Positions 37,327-50,140 are shown, counted from the whole stretch's first letter. The stretch: 62,962 bases of DNA, filler included, from Trichosphaerium sp. ATCC 40318 (GCA_038496445.1; 3 parts of 3 records of this genome joined end to end with filler, not necessarily neighbours in it), one strand, 5' to 3'. Numbers and translations: made by a program. The notes: generated by a model from the sequence alone, not told the origin.

Positions 37327-40169
37327 TTATCGCTTTGGGCAAGACAGAGCGTGGTCTAGCTCTCCGCATAGTCTCTTTATCTCACATAAAGTGTTTCGGA
37401 GGCTATGACAATCTGCAGGGTTTGCTTCAAGGCACATTACACGTTGAACAAAGCCGCCGGAAATGTCGATTTGCGGTACTGCATCTCTACAAAAACAAAA
37501 TATGAGCTATTTAGTCGGTTAACAACTCTTACCTATCAGGGATGACGTTAACGGCGTATTTGTAAATATTCTACACATAAAGTTAATCATTGCAAACTAG
37601 AAAAACTACGCGTACTTCGAGGCGAATACCAAGTTTACGTCTTGTCAGCACGAGACCTGGTGCTGAAAATACTACGGCTGTTTTATTTCTCTTAGTTCCT
37701 GCAATCTTTGCAATAGCTCCACCGAGACTGTGACCAGTGAGCATCACGTGCCTTCATAAAAATTAGCAAATTCTTATTGCATTGACCTCGAAAATACCTG
37801 TCTTTAATCTTATCAATATATTCAATAACAGGCTTATAATAATGTCTCACAGGATTGTTTATCAAAGACTCTGGAAGTGCAGATATTTTCAAAAGTGAAG
37901 CAACTACAAAGTAGACACGTAAGTATTACTTTTTAAATTAAAATTCATACCAAGGCCTGTTGGAATCCAGTTTAGCATCGGAACAAAAGATGAAAAAAGT
38001 TGGAACATAGACACGTCCATGTAAATGTCAGCATCTATAGTTGATTAGCAATAATACTTTATCTTCTATGTATTGTGCCTTGCAAAACATCTAAGAGTCT
38101 AGCAGAAGTACCACGGATTGCTATTACAGAAAGTCCTCTTGACTGGTATAACGTTTAGAATTTGGTGTTAATCCAATAATCAAATACGAACCTTTGAATA
38201 AAAATCATAGAAGTGGACATTTACGTCGTCTGTCGTGTGTGCACGTATGACATCCCAATCATTCGTACTACAAATGCCTTAATTTTGATTGTTGTATTCT
38301 ATTACATACCCGCCATCTAGACCTTTTACTAATTCTTGTAACCGCAAAGCATGTTTGTCAAAGCATGTCCCTTCAAAATACGCCTAAAAAGAACATTAGA
38401 TAAATATAGTACACGGTAAACAATATACCATATCCGCTAAAATACCGATATCAATCACATCCAACCCGTGCCATCTTTGGCTACATATTTGGTAGCCACC
38501 ATCGCACTGAGAGACCTTAAAAATAAGTTAAAAACCAGCATGACTTATAACAAAAAGATTACATTTTCTCCAGGCATATAAAATCGATCAAAATCCGAAC
38601 AATGCATATCCATTTCCTCTTGTTCTTCTTGTAGAAATACACCAAAACTTAATGAGAAAATAACCTGTAGGAAGAGATAATATGAGCGAAGACAAATTTT
38701 TCTTCGGTTGTTTCATACCACAAGCATGAGAAGTGCGAATCCTGTGACCAATAATCTTTGTGACTCTACGTCCATATCATACTTAAACTTCTTTTCTTTC
38801 TTAGTTCTTGACATTCCAAAATTTGAAAGAAGTAGGATCCAAGATACAAAGCAAAACGCAGCTATAATAGACTTAGTACGGTCAGGTTTAAGTTATTTTT
38901 TACTAATACGTACGTAAGTAGTAATATCTTGTCTTGTATTCAGTGCCGAAGAATGACCCAAAGACGAAGAGTGCAATGAAAATGAAAAGACCGTTTATAA
39001 AAAAAGCTACTTTGTTAACTTTGTGGCTTGTAGACATGATAGGCTTCAACAAAGCGTTTATCAAATCTACTCCTGCTATTACGCCAAAATAAAAAAAGTA
39101 CACAAACGTTGTGTAGGAAATGGCCCATGCCACCACGTGCAAAACACCTGAAAAGCCGTCAAATCAAGAAAGTTGCTAAAGCAAAAATACTCCAACGGTA
39201 CAACTATACCACGTACCACGAATACCTGTTGCCATTGGTACGATAACTAGCGAATAGATGAGAATAATACTCCAAGTATTGAAAAGAGAACGCACCAGAT
39301 GCAACTATGACAGTGAATTGCATAATTGATATTTGAACAGGTAACACGTGAGTCACTGCATCTTTTATTGCTAAAACACAATCAGATTACAATTTTCGAC
39401 CTACTAAATACGTACTCACGCCACGATTATTTATGACGAGCCACTTTCTGTATAATGTGAAGAGCAACGCAATTACCAACAGCATCTCCAATATAAAGAG
39501 TGTTCCTTTATATGCACCGAGTGCTGAAGTATCTGAAGGTGTTGCAATGACATTAACAGCAAACTGAACAGCTACAGGAAGCCCTGCGATGACACTCACC
39601 AAGACAATAACTGATTCCAGGTTAGCGAATAAACTTAAACCGACTGATCGCACCTGCTGTCCATGATGAAAGGATTGTTGACGATTCAAGTTGAAGAATA
39701 CGCTTCGTAATAAATGGATGCCCTACAAGCTTAATAAGGATTTTTGATCTTGTGTCAAGATGTACCCTTGGATACAATATCTAACCAAGGCTTTAACAGT
39801 GACCGAAGAAGTGTAACGCTGGGTACTACAGTAAACAAAAATAATACCGCGTGTTCCATCGCCTCTACGCAGAGGCATGTCAGTGAGGTTATTTTAAAGT
39901 TGTTTTTTGTACCGGGTGTAATAAGTTCTTTAAAAGTTTCCCAGTCGCTTGAAGCGGACTGTAATGCTATAGTTTGATCTAGTTTAGGCTGTATCATAAA
40001 GAAAAAACTATTTATATTCACTTTAAGAATCATGATTAGAAATATTGTGATCACTGGTGCCGCAGACGTGAACGATATCTAAGACGATCAATATAAACGT
40101 GGATGGTTTCCTCATTTTTACCATACGGCCTATTAGGGCCAATGATCCCAGTGCAGCACTTTGAACCAT
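37327..40169 (-). CDS. Multi-pass membrane protein with a C-terminal class-3 lipase domain
   Basis: Several hydrophobic TM exons are followed by VIAIRGTS, HVMLTGHSLGGAIAKI (GxSxG), VVFSAPG, DAVPQID and CHS. Confidence 0.8.
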
Positions 40170-40333
40170 AGTGATGATGAGTTGTGTGAGTATTGGGTGA
40201 TGACTGTGCAGGCGTGGCGAATTGGTCAACGTTTTTGTTTTGTGAATTTTTTTAGCAAGTAATTTATCTAGATACCGTTTCGCGTTTGTTTGGACTAATC
40301 TGGCGGTATTACTAATTACAGTTCTGGTTGCCT

Positions 40334-42177
40334 ATGGCAAGCGCACCTGCAAGGTCTTGGCTTTCACGCGCGTTTACGAGAACTACTGAGGCGCCAACGG
40401 TTCAAATTGATGAAGAAGTTCCACAAGATCTTTGTCTCGAGGTTATTTATTCTTTTTTTTGTATCTACTGACAAAGATATAAAGGAACAACCAGAGTTGC
40501 TCGTAGCACAACTGGAGGACTGTAAAGCTACCATAGAGCATTATAAGCAATTACGAGCCCTTTTGAATAAAGAAAACAGAGAGTTGGAAGAAAACCTCAA
40601 AAAATCGCGTTTACGCGTAGCGGAGCTCAATGACGTACATTCTCAGCAAATTGAACAAATTGATGTCTTAAAGCAGATCATTATAAATGAAAATACAAAA
40701 GTGTCCTCTCTTGAGCTACGAAACAGCCGTTTAAAGGTAACCGCCGAAATTTGCCGAAGTCGACTACTTTTTTATTTGTTTGATTCTACAAAACTGATAA
40801 AAGTGTAAATTAATCAACAAAACATTGCTATCACGCGTAGGATATACCAACCGAGGCGAAAAAGGAAGCGATGCAGTTTTTCCGTTTGTAATTTCGCCCA
40901 AAAATAGTTTAGTTTTATTATGCTCACTCACTTTAGAAACGAGTAAAAGAACTACTCAAGATAGTCACAGAAGAAAAGCAGCTTCGTATTGAAGCACAAG
41001 AAAAATCAGAAAAGTCTCTTTACGAAGAACTAGCAAACATTACAGCTGAAGCCGTGAGCAGCGATGGAAGTGCCGGTGAAGGTGACGATTTGGACCTTCT
41101 TTCTTTTAGATCAGGTTCTTCAGCTTCAGGACCATCTACACATCGGTCTATTGATGAAGCACCACTTAAACCGAAAGCTTTTTCAGTGCCTAAAATACAA
41201 ACAAAAAAATGCGAAAGTTCTTCTCCTTTGGATACCAAACAGAGACCAAGAAGGTACATTTGTTTTTTATGTATGATTTTCCAACACTTCTTTTTTTAGT
41301 AAGTCCGCAAAGGAAATTAGTCGTTCTGCATTAAGGAGTGCCAGGGATTCTCCACAAACAATATTGGATATTTCAAGTGGATCTCTTCAAAGTATTGCGG
41401 AGGATTTTGGTGCTTCAAAGAGATGTAAATCTGCTCGTCAACGAGGTGGAGCATGTAGTTTCGATAAGAGGTTCCTTTCTTAAAACTTAAAGATGGCGTT
41501 CATACTAACCACGTGATTTAGCTCTTCAATATTCGATCCTTCTTTTATGAAAGAACCGGCAAGCGCTCGATCTGTGCGCAAGCGTCCAAAGCGCAAAAAG
41601 TCTCCACGATCTAAAAACTATGTAACTATAACTAGTCCTCCTGCAAACTATCAAATGGAGGTATGTAGAGGTTATGCACAAAAGTACTAAGTAGGTATCC
41701 TAGGAGTGGAACGAGTTCGTTAAAAGGGGTTGCCCAATCAAAGGAGGGATTGCAACTACGCCAAGGATTTTATCACGCGTGGAGCGTCATGAGGTTGCAA
41801 ATGTTCTTCGTTTCAACGTGTCCCGTTCTACTGTATTGCGTAGTGTTAAAGACCACACACTAGAGATAGAGCTTGCATCGTCAACGGCAGACAATGAGAC
41901 TCATTGCTCTTTATGCACACAGGTACTATTGTTGTGTGATTTCCTGATGTACTTACCTTACTAGGCTGGTTGCAAGTTTATTCTACGAGAAGGTAAGCAG
42001 CCGCCAACTCCTATTTGCAGTCTATGCCGTGATCGCGTTGTATCAGTATGCGATTTTTACGCGTTTATACGTGACGTGCAAAAAGGACTATTTTCGGAGT
42101 TGTCCGACAACGCTTTGTACAAAAAATTTCAACAAAAACGCTTGATTATGGCTGCGGCGAGTATCAGCGCGTCATGA
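40334..42177 (+). CDS. Coiled-coil protein with a Sec2/Rabin8-like C-terminal Cys-rich domain (putative Rab GEF)
   Basis: N-terminal coiled coil. The C-terminal CSLC..CKFILRE..ICSLCRDRVVSVCDFYAFIRDVQKGLF resembles the Rabin8/Sec2 C-terminus. Confidence 0.65.
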
Positions 42178-42519
42178 AACAAATTGTAAATAAAATAAAA
42201 TTCCAACGACCAAAAACGACTTCACGTGTTTTTGGCTCAACATCAAGTAAACCACTAAGCTGTAGTAACGGTTTTTTCTAATGGCGACTTCGCCTTTTTT
42301 AAAAACGTCCAGAGCAGCAGGCGTGGCTTGTAATTGGTGTTTCAGAACGGTTTCTACATTTGGTAATATCGAGCGCGTGGTACACCTTATGTAAAAGCTC
42401 GTGGAGAAAAAAGATTTTGCCAGCATAATCCCTTAAATGTTTGGTGAAGTTGTACTAAAATACTCACTTATAACAGCTAATATTAAGTTACCCTTTTAAC
42501 GTTCAAGCAACCGTGTCAT

Positions 42520-45500
42520 ATGGCAATGGAAATAGACACTTTCGAGAGCCTAGCAGGTGAGCCAGAGCAAATTCATCCCCCAGATGCTGTTTTCTACTGG
42601 GAGGACTCAAAACCAACTGGAGCGATTGGCTGGGTTGTGTTGGATCGCGTTATAAACAGAGTAGCAGGAGGAGGCATCTTTATGCATCCAAACGCAACGG
42701 AACAGGTGCGATACGTTGACTGTACCTCGTATGCGCTTTAAGCGCTTCATTGGTGTAAAAACTCCATACTGCACCAAAACGTTGGTGACCTAGCAATTTG
42801 CGTGCCATTCACATGCACACATGCACCAACGCCTAACGAAGTAGTATTATTATTTAACGAATCTGAAAACGCTAATCAAAATCGTGCAACTCAACTCTAA
42901 AACGCCATAGGAAGTAGCAGATATTGCTCGTAACATGTCTAGAAAGTTTACAGTATGCGATCCGCAAATCGGTGGCGCTAAAGCTGGTACGTATTATAAA
43001 AAACGTCAAGATACGTTTTTAATAGCGTAGAGCCGTTATTTTTTATCTCAAAGTGTCAAAATCTTTCATGTTAATTCTGTAAGTGGTAACACGTTAAAAA
43101 ATCGCTTATAAAAACGCACATTGCTGTTTTCGTATTTTTGGTAGCACATTTGGCGTTTCCCTTATGAAAATATGAAACGTCACCTCACCTCACATTGATT
43201 TTAAAGAAAGATAGGTATTCGATTTAATCATCGTGATGCCAGGGCAAAAGAAGTACGTCATTTTACGAGGTTTTACTTTTTTTTTTTCTTCTTTTTTTTT
43301 TTCGAAAGTAGACATTAATTGTCTATTAACAGGTTCTTCGCCGGTTCATTATTGATAATAAGACTCTTTTGAGTAATGTATGGGTTACAGCAGGAGATTT
43401 AAATACAGATGACAGGTTTATAGAACAAGTTATTCAAAATGACTTGGGATTACCAACAATGCAGTATGTGATTTGTAGTAATTCTTTCACAATTTAATTA
43501 CATCAATTGATTTTTTTTTCATTTAGACATGTACTAGCACAGACATTTTCACGCGCTACTGGACAACCAAATCGCGCTGGAAACTTATCCTCTATAATTA
43601 TACATCCAGCATGTAAAGAAAAGTTTTTCCCGCTCATTGAAGTACGATGTTGTATTTATTGTTTTAAAAGTTACCTTGTTATTCTTTTACGTTCTGCGCT
43701 TATGCTAACAACGTTACAAATAGGGTTCTGTAGGCTATGGTATATCAGAAGCTATACGCACAGCGATAACTCTTACAAACCCTGCTGGTCTTGGTACATA
43801 AAAGAACCTTTGTTGTTACACCATTTAACAGTACCTTTTATGGAATAGGTAAATTCCGTGTTATCATTCAAGGTTTTGGTGCTGTTGGTAGTTCGCTTGC
43901 TTATTATTTGGTCCATAGAAATATAGCTAAGGTCGTCGCCTTATGTGACAAGGATGGGTTAGTCTTTGAATAGGAATAGAACATCACCTTGTTACTTTTT
44001 TGCTAACCTTTTTCTCTAAGGTACATTTTTGATCATAATGGTTTAGACATCTATGATGTATTATGTGCACGTCAAGCGTGAGTTTAAATACAAAACAACA
44101 TGTATCATTACATGATGCTAATATGTCATTTTTACAGGCGTATACAAAAGCTGATGATGTCTAAAGGTTCTCCAAAACGAATAGCTGAAAGTGCTAAAAA
44201 CTTCTTCTGCAATTTGAGTCCCGCTCAAAAGAAAAAATTTAATGCTGTCACAAGAACACAAAATTTTTCAATTGTCGGTAACGCACAGTTTCTTGCACAG
44301 TTTTTAGCTTGTACAAAGGTAATCATCGAGCAAATCTTAAAATTTTCTTAGTTTTTGTTGACATTCTTTGTGCTTGCAGGCAGAAGTTTTTAGTCCCTGT
44401 GCATTGCGTTATCAAGTGAGTAACGATATTGTACAATCTATGATACACACAACATGGAGAGACGTCAAAGACAGGTAATAAGTTCGGTAGTCAAAGCATT
44501 GCTAACATGGTTGTAGATATCTCGTATGTGGAGCAAACAATCCTTATGGTACTGTCACATCAGCTGGTGCATTGGTGGGCGACGATTCTGGATCAGTACA
44601 GTGTGTACGTCAAAATGAAAAGCTTTTAACAACGTAGGTTGTACATCTGTTAATATTTATCTTAGACACTCCGTGATGCTAATGTATGTATTGTTCCTGA
44701 TTGGGTTGCAAATTCTGGAACTGCTCAGCTATTTCATCGTGCTATTTCACTTAACTTTAACATAAATGTACGCCTCCTTTATTTCCTTAATTCCCTGTTA
44801 CTAGCCTATGTAAACTACACGTTTTCAAACCAATTGTTTGGACGCTTACTGATATTTAATAATAGTATCCAAACCTTGCTGAGGAAGTACTAGAGGCTGT
44901 TGGAAACCCAATCAAGTAAGTTTTCTCTTTTTTTTCATTTTTATCAAATTCAAGTTGGTATCATTACTAACTCGTTTGGTATGTAGGACGTATATAGAAA
45001 AGTCTTACGCTCTCGTTGACAAAAAAAAACGGTTTTTAGAATATGGTTGCTGCAAAAGAGCTCTTGAGGTACATTACTTAGATTCGAGATAGTCCTCTTC
45101 GTGTTGATGTTTTTTTTTGACTTTACGTAGTTGCTTGATAAACCCGTATCTCTCTTTGAGAGCTTCAAGAATGTTACAAATCCTGCAAACTCTAGATATT
45201 CTTTGCCGCCACCGTACTCTACACTCACTGTCGATGACAGATTAAATAGATGTACACGATGGGCTGTCGAGTGCAGTGGTGTAGAAGAGTTTAAAGAACT
45301 ACTTCGTATTAGTAGAAATCCTGTTGCACTTGATGGTTGCGAACCTAGTGGGCGTATGACAATAGCACAGGTACAATAGATGATATTCAAATACTTGAAT
45401 GCAGTCACATCTGTTCTCAACGTGTTTTAACCTGTGTTGTTTTTTTAGATACTTACAAAGAAGTATATGGTTCAATTGCTTACGTCCTCTGGTTTTACAT

Positions 45501-47223
45501 ATTTATTTTTAATAGCCGATTGGTTCGCATATATGAATCATAAGGTAGGTGTACGATAGCAAAAAAAATAGTAACCCAAGGATCCCACTATAACCCAAAC
45601 AACTTTGTTTGATATTTTTTAAGTGAAAAATGGTTGACTTTTAGTTCGTTTTGGAGTTCGGTTGCTCACTGTTTTCTTTGTTAGTTGGGTGGAGATAAAT
45701 CAAAGATTAAGATTGTTGGACAATATTTTATTGAAGTTTTTAAAGCATCTGGACTAGATTTATCACGTGTTCAATTCTTATGGGCATCAGAAGAACAAAA
45801 AAAATATGCTGATAAATATTGGTCACAAGTCATTGATATTTCAACAAAGTACTTTTACAATCTATCTTCCTTGAGATTTCTGATTTTGTGCCTTCACCAC
45901 CATTCCTTACTTCTTATTAGATTCAATTTGGCTGATGTCAAAGACTGTTCTGTCATTATGGGAAGAGAACCAACGGATGAGTTATCTGCTTCTATGGCAA
46001 TGTATACTTGTATGCAAGCAGCAGATGCCTTATTTCTAGGCGCTGATGTATGTCAAATGGGAACAGATCAAACAAAAGTTATAAACATGGCTAGAGCATA
46101 CTGTGATAAGTCAGGAGGACAGTACAGAAAACCTATTGTACTAGCAAACCCAATTATAAGGTACGACTGACTTCAAAAAAAAAAACACCAGCACAGCTTT
46201 ATTTTCTTCAAGTTGCAGCGAATACAGCTCTATTCGTTCAAATTCTTCGCTTGTTCTGGGCGTTTTACCTTTTTTTTTAACTTGATCCTTTTTTTCCCTC
46301 TTCAAACATCATGTGTATCACTCCTTGTTAGCCGCTCTTTATCCTTGTAAATCAAGAAAAAAAAGCCACGTGATAGTCTAATAGTTTTTGTTTTGTAGTG
46401 ACCTGTATGGCAAGAGTAAGATGAGTAAAAGTAAAGCTGATGCAGCTATATTCGTTGATGATACACCCGCTGTTGTTAAGCAAAAAGTCATGAACGCTTA
46501 TTGCCCTGAGAAACAAGTACGGGTTTTGTCATTTTTTTTTACTTTTTTCAAAAGTCGGTCAGTTGCTCAAGTGTTTGTATAGGTAGTAGGAAATCCTTGT
46601 GCAGAAATGATGCAATATCTTGTGATTCCTAATGTACAAACAAGAAATGGCAACATCATAAACCTTCCAGTCGTTTTCGATACACAAAATGGAAAGAGAA
46701 TAGAAATTAGAGCAGTACAAGATTTCACTAAAGCTTACAGTGTACGTTTTCTTTTATAAAAAACCAACTATTATGTACTCTACACTACCGATGGATATAT
46801 ATTGCGGCCCCGTAACCATTCGGAGTGAAAATTATGGGACCTAGTACTAGCGACTGTCCTTTTTGTTTTGTTTTTTTTTACAAACTTATTTTTCTTTTAG
46901 GAAGGCTTTATCACTGCTTCAGACTTGAGACGAAATTTAATTCGTGAAATTAACAGATTACTTGAACCTATTAGAACACATTTTGCTACTGACGAAACAG
47001 CCAGAGAACTTCTTCTACAGGTACTAAAAAAAACCAAAACTTGGCAAAAAACAATCAACAAAAAACAGCTTTTTTTTCCATCTCTACGGGATGTCTCTTG
47101 TTTTTTGTATTTTCTGTAGTTTAAAACCTTTATATTAAACGTATGATATAGGTGCAATCATTTTCTGGGAGTCAAAATAAGACTGAAGCTCAAAATGGAG
47201 CTCCAAACGGATTGTACCACTAA
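42520..47223 (+). CDS. Fusion protein: Glu/Leu/Phe/Val amino-acid dehydrogenase plus a divergent tyrosyl-tRNA synthetase (~870 aa, ~22 exons)
   Basis: Dehydrogenase motifs AGGG, MSRKF, IGGAKAG, AGDLNT, QGFGAVG, SPCA, GANNP and VPDWVANSG. These run through GT-AG splices, with no stop codon, into TyrRS motifs DGCEPSGRMTIAQ, IADWFAYMNHKLGGD, FLWASE, IMGR, YTCMQAAD, CQMGTDQ, KMSKS and AYCP..GNPC. Stop TAA at 47221-47223. Confidence 0.88.
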
Positions 47224-47651
47224 ATTGTTTACAAAAATATCATTAGAAATAAGTTTCTGTCTTATCTTTAGAGTATGCCTAAAAAGTATACTCGTTAGAC
47301 TATAATATGAGAAGGAAATAAAAGGCACTGTTACGATGCTGAAGCATCGTCATGTGTCAAGTCTCCATCAAAGTTGAACGTGTCAAGTGTTGTGCCAAGT
47401 GATATCTAAATATAGACTAGGAATATTGAGAGACAAGATTTCATACTCCATTGAGGCTTTTACTAAAACACGTACAAGTTACCACTAGTAGCATAGGCAC
47501 CTCTTGTAGCGTACTACTACCAGACGACACTTGGTAGGTGGTCTTTTGTATTGAGCAATTAAGTGAGTGCTCTTAAGTGAGTACTCATTAAAAAAGTATT
47601 TTGACTGTTCGTAGAGACGTTTAAACCATTTGTGGGTGTAGCGTCAGAAAA

Positions 47652-49802
47652 ATGAGAGCGCTACAGACACTATTGTTGATATCTATTGGCGTTACAACCG
47701 TTTTAGTACGAATTAGTAATTTTGATTGCGAATGTCACTGTTATAGCATCAACAATAGTTAAATAACATTTTAGGCAACAGGGACTCCTATTCCATGTAT
47801 TTGTGACGACAAGAGCTTGTGTGCTCCACTGTCGACACCTATGGCATCAAAGGAGATATTTACCTTCACTGGCAGCTGGATGCTGTACTGCTACTAGAGA
47901 AAAACTTGTCAACTGACATTTTGTAGCCCAGGAGATAATTGGAAGTATTTCGACTACAACACTGTGAGTAAAACAGCGAAATACGCGTGTTAACTAACTG
48001 GAATTTGTAGATAACCACATTGGCTCGCGCTGGAACTATGGATCCTGGCATTATATGTAAAGCACATTCTACTAACACAAGGTACGGTTATATCACTAAT
48101 TGGGTTCTATGGGAGCTGACAACGATGCTATTAGAGTAGTACTTCTCAAATCAATACCTCCAGCAGATCTACCAAGCCCAACGTGCGTACAACCGCCAGT
48201 TTCTTTGTGACTGTCGAATCCATTCTTGGTTGATTATTAACGGTACTTAAAGTGCACGTCAGAAGTGGATTGCGGATACATTAGATGAAGTAAAGCAAAA
48301 CTATGCAGATGGTATAAATATTGACTACGAAAATCCTATTCCCAAAGGATCTCCTATGATGTATGCTCTCTTTTAGGAAGTATAGTATGTTATTTATTTT
48401 CTTGTATTTAGAGGATATATGGTCACGTGGATGCAAGAGTTACGCGCTGCAATGAAGAAAGAAATGCCTAACGCACAGGTAAGTGGTTTTTTTTTATTTT
48501 TATTTTTTCTTTTTCTTATTGATTTGCTCTTAGCTTTCAATCGATGTAGCTTGGTCTCCTGATTGTATTGATGTCCGTTGTTACGATTATGCTGCACTTG
48601 CCAAGTACGAATGCTTCACAACCAAATCCAAACACCAAAAAAACAAGGATCGACTTGATTTTTTTTCTTTTCGAATTTTGTGACAATTTATTGAGTCAAC
48701 ACGTGTTCTTTAATTTATAGTATTAAATTCATTTTATAGAACTGTTGACTTCGTATTTGTTATGGATTATGACATGCAGAGCCAGGTAATGAACTTCAAG
48801 AAAAACGAAATACTGTTTGACATCTTAACGTTTTCAATCAGATCTTTGGTCCATGTGTTGCTCTTCCTAACTCTCCAATACCTGGTGTACAAAAAGGTAC
48901 AAAACCAATAAGTTACATGCGTTCATAACGGACCTAGGTATGGAAGCATTCTTGAAGTTAGGGATCGAACCAAACAACATTGTTCTGTATGTACTGCCTT
49001 TTTTTTTGTTTGTGTTTGCTTTCTCATACCCAGTAACTCATTGTTCCGTATTTAGTGGCGTACCTTGGTATGGATACAGATACCCTTGCTTGAATCCTAC
49101 AAACGATACTGTATGCCCTATCAAAAAGGTACTAGCCGTGAACTCTTTCAGACAAAAACGAGTTTCAACCTTTAAAGGTGTCGTTTCTTTTATCAAACAT
49201 TTCTTTCAAGGTACCTTTCAGAGGAGTGAATTGTAGTGATGCTGCTGGTAAACAATTTCCAATATCTCAAATACTTGAGTGGCTTGCAAATAATAAAACA
49301 AATGGTCGTCAATGGGACGATAAAGATAAAGCACCTTGGTACTACCTTCTTTTTTTTTCTTTCCTTCCTTAATTGTTCTTCATGGTTATTTACGTAGTAT
49401 GTAGGTTTAATCTTTATGGTGATGATGGAATTACTTACCAAGTCCGTTATGACGACATACAGAGTTTAACAGCCAAAGTACGTTCAAACAACTAAAAGAG
49501 ACTTCAAAATTTCTTGCGTAAAATGCTTTGACATTCATTCGATTTAGTATGAGTATGCAAAGAAACTTGGACTAAGAGGTACATAAATGAGTAACATTAA
49601 ATATTCACAATCTAAAAACAATCGTTTACTCTGAACAGCGGAGAAAAGTTGACAAATTTTACAAAAATGAATCCTACTATTTTGAGCCAACACTTATTGT
49701 CCTATTTTAGGTACTGGCATGTGGATTTCTGAGGATCTTCCTCTCTATAAGGACCCAAAATTCTCCGAAGAAATGTGGAAGGCCATGCGTGTCGTGCTGT
49801 AA
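47652..49802 (+). CDS. CTBS: Di-N-acetylchitobiase (GH18)
   Basis: Signal peptide; catalytic motif DGINIDYE; SIDVAWSPDCID.RCYDY; FVMDYDMQSQ; GVPWYGYRYPC; VPFRGVNCSDAAG; GLRGTGMW. Confidence 0.93.
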
Positions 49803-50140
49803 AAGGACGTACTAATAAATACTCTTTCAGAGACAACCTTTTTGTTATCTTTGTTAAGTTAACAATTGTGTGAAATTCATCAGCGTTGAAAACAATTGAC
49901 GTTTAGTTTTTCTGGCTTTTACTCGTGTAGTAAACGTATTGCAATACAAAGTTAACCAAATACAATACTTCTTGCTACAGTATAGCTGGTACCTTAAATA
50001 CAACGTTTTATCACCATTTTACGGGTGGTAGTGTGTTATTCATCAACGTACCCTTGTCAAACGCAGTGCGAAATACCAAAGCTTTCAATCAAAAAAAAAA
50101 CTATTTTCTTGACACAGTGTACTAACTATTCCCCATAGTA

